64,000 nucleotides of DNA from assembly GCF_009914755.1 (NCBI RefSeq), contig NC_060930.1. One strand, 5' to 3'. Of the stretch, positions 62,968-64,000 are shown piece after piece; within the stretch, counting starts at the first letter, position 1; each line of letters opens with the position of its first letter. The notes under the pieces are model-generated. The model saw only the letters and a program-made list of their open reading frames with translations. It was not told the DNA's origin and did not search any database. Made by a program: the position numbers and the translations under genes. The stretch comes from the human T2T-CHM13v2.0 reference genome, Homo sapiens.

Positions 62968-63091
62968 TTTCTGTTTATTTATTTTTATTTTTTATTTCTT
63001 TTCAAGACAGAGTCTTGCTCTGTCGCTTAGGCTGCAGTGTTATAGTGTGATCATAGCTCCTTGTAACCTTGAGTTCCTGGGCTCAAGCATA
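62968..63091 (-). mobile_element. 5'-truncated AluJ
   Basis: Alu 3' ~85 bp plus T-rich tail; TSD atccacattttc on both sides. Confidence 0.85.
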
Positions 63092-64000
63092 CATCCACAT
63101 TTTCAACCAAGAATCCTGTAAACAGTCTTGATTATTTGTTGAGAGCAAGAGAGAAATATATTAAAAAGAATTAGAAGTTAATACGTGGTTTAGGATCATA
63201 TTCCTCTCTAATTTCCTCTTTTGAGAAAGTAATTGTAGTTGTTTGTAGATAGCTGATTAACTTTGAAGCATATACATATATTCCTCTGTGCCCATGACTC
63301 AAGAGTTTTCTTTGGGTTTCAAGCTCTGCAGTATTCTGACTAACCCAGTCTTCATGAAATCTTTTGACTTTGAGGGAATACCTTTGACTTTTGACTGGCA
63401 GCACTGTGAACCATTCCATCAGCTAACAAGGTTTTACAGTAACTGTCTGTTGACCAAATTAAATTGCTTCCCAGGAGTCTTGTTTGTTCTCTGTGAAGCT
63501 GTCTCTGTCTAAATCTTTTCCTTATAGAAATTCCTACAGACAAATCTTGAAGTAAGACCTTTACGTTTGCCATTTAAACAGCAAAATTCAAACAATGCCC
63601 TGGTGCAAAATAAGTATAGCAGAACAGAAATTATGCTGATTTGGCATAAACAGTATCAGATCCTCTCATTGAACCATCATGAATGTCTGCATCTCTGACT
63701 TAGCAACTGTGAAAGCTATTGAATTATAGGTTACTATTTATTGCTTGCTGAAGTCAAATGCATTGTTTGTCATTTAATAAGAGTAAGTGACGTTGTGCTG
63801 ATTGTAGCTAGATAGGTCGCATTGCTCATCAATGTATGAATGTGTATAGGTTGTTCACAACTCTGCATTCTTTCATTCAAGCATAATTTAAAGAGAAGCC
63901 CAATCAAGAAGATAACCCCCTTTCTAGCTGCCAGAGCTGTAGCTCTCTTGTCTATGACTTGTTCATTCTGCCAGACTTAATGGTTCAGACCTTTTTTCCC

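Overview
AT-rich, repeat-dense human/great-ape genomic DNA, almost entirely intronic. The only protein-coding sequence is two in-frame, AG/GT-flanked exons of the DNA primase large subunit gene PRIM2 on the + strand (11187-11282 and 13311-13448, about aa 154-231, exons 6-7). They differ from the canonical human protein as I recall it at two residues (E181K, D204G), and the intronic MIR548U-like MADE1 hairpin also differs from the recalled mature sequence. Together this suggests the duplicated pericentromeric PRIM2 paralogue (PRIM2BP) rather than the canonical gene, which cannot be proven from this window. The rest is transposon-derived: about 27 Alus, an 11.9-kb nested L1 composite, other L1/L2/MIR pieces, MaLR and ERV1 LTRs, a near full-length Tigger1 and Hsmar1/MADE1 ends. 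Nearly all ORFs in the track are Alu/L1/Tigger relics. I found no convincing new multi-gene system. The most unusual structures are an isolated 171-bp-period alpha-satellite island fused to an AluJ tail, an L1 with an apparent 3' transduction plus about 1 kb of missing host sequence, a polyadenylated MER41 R-region mini-retrocopy, and an inverted-Alu-bracketed, stop-free 234-nt exon pair that could form a circRNA. Repeat subfamily names come from memory of consensus sequences, and the boundaries of old repeats are approximate.
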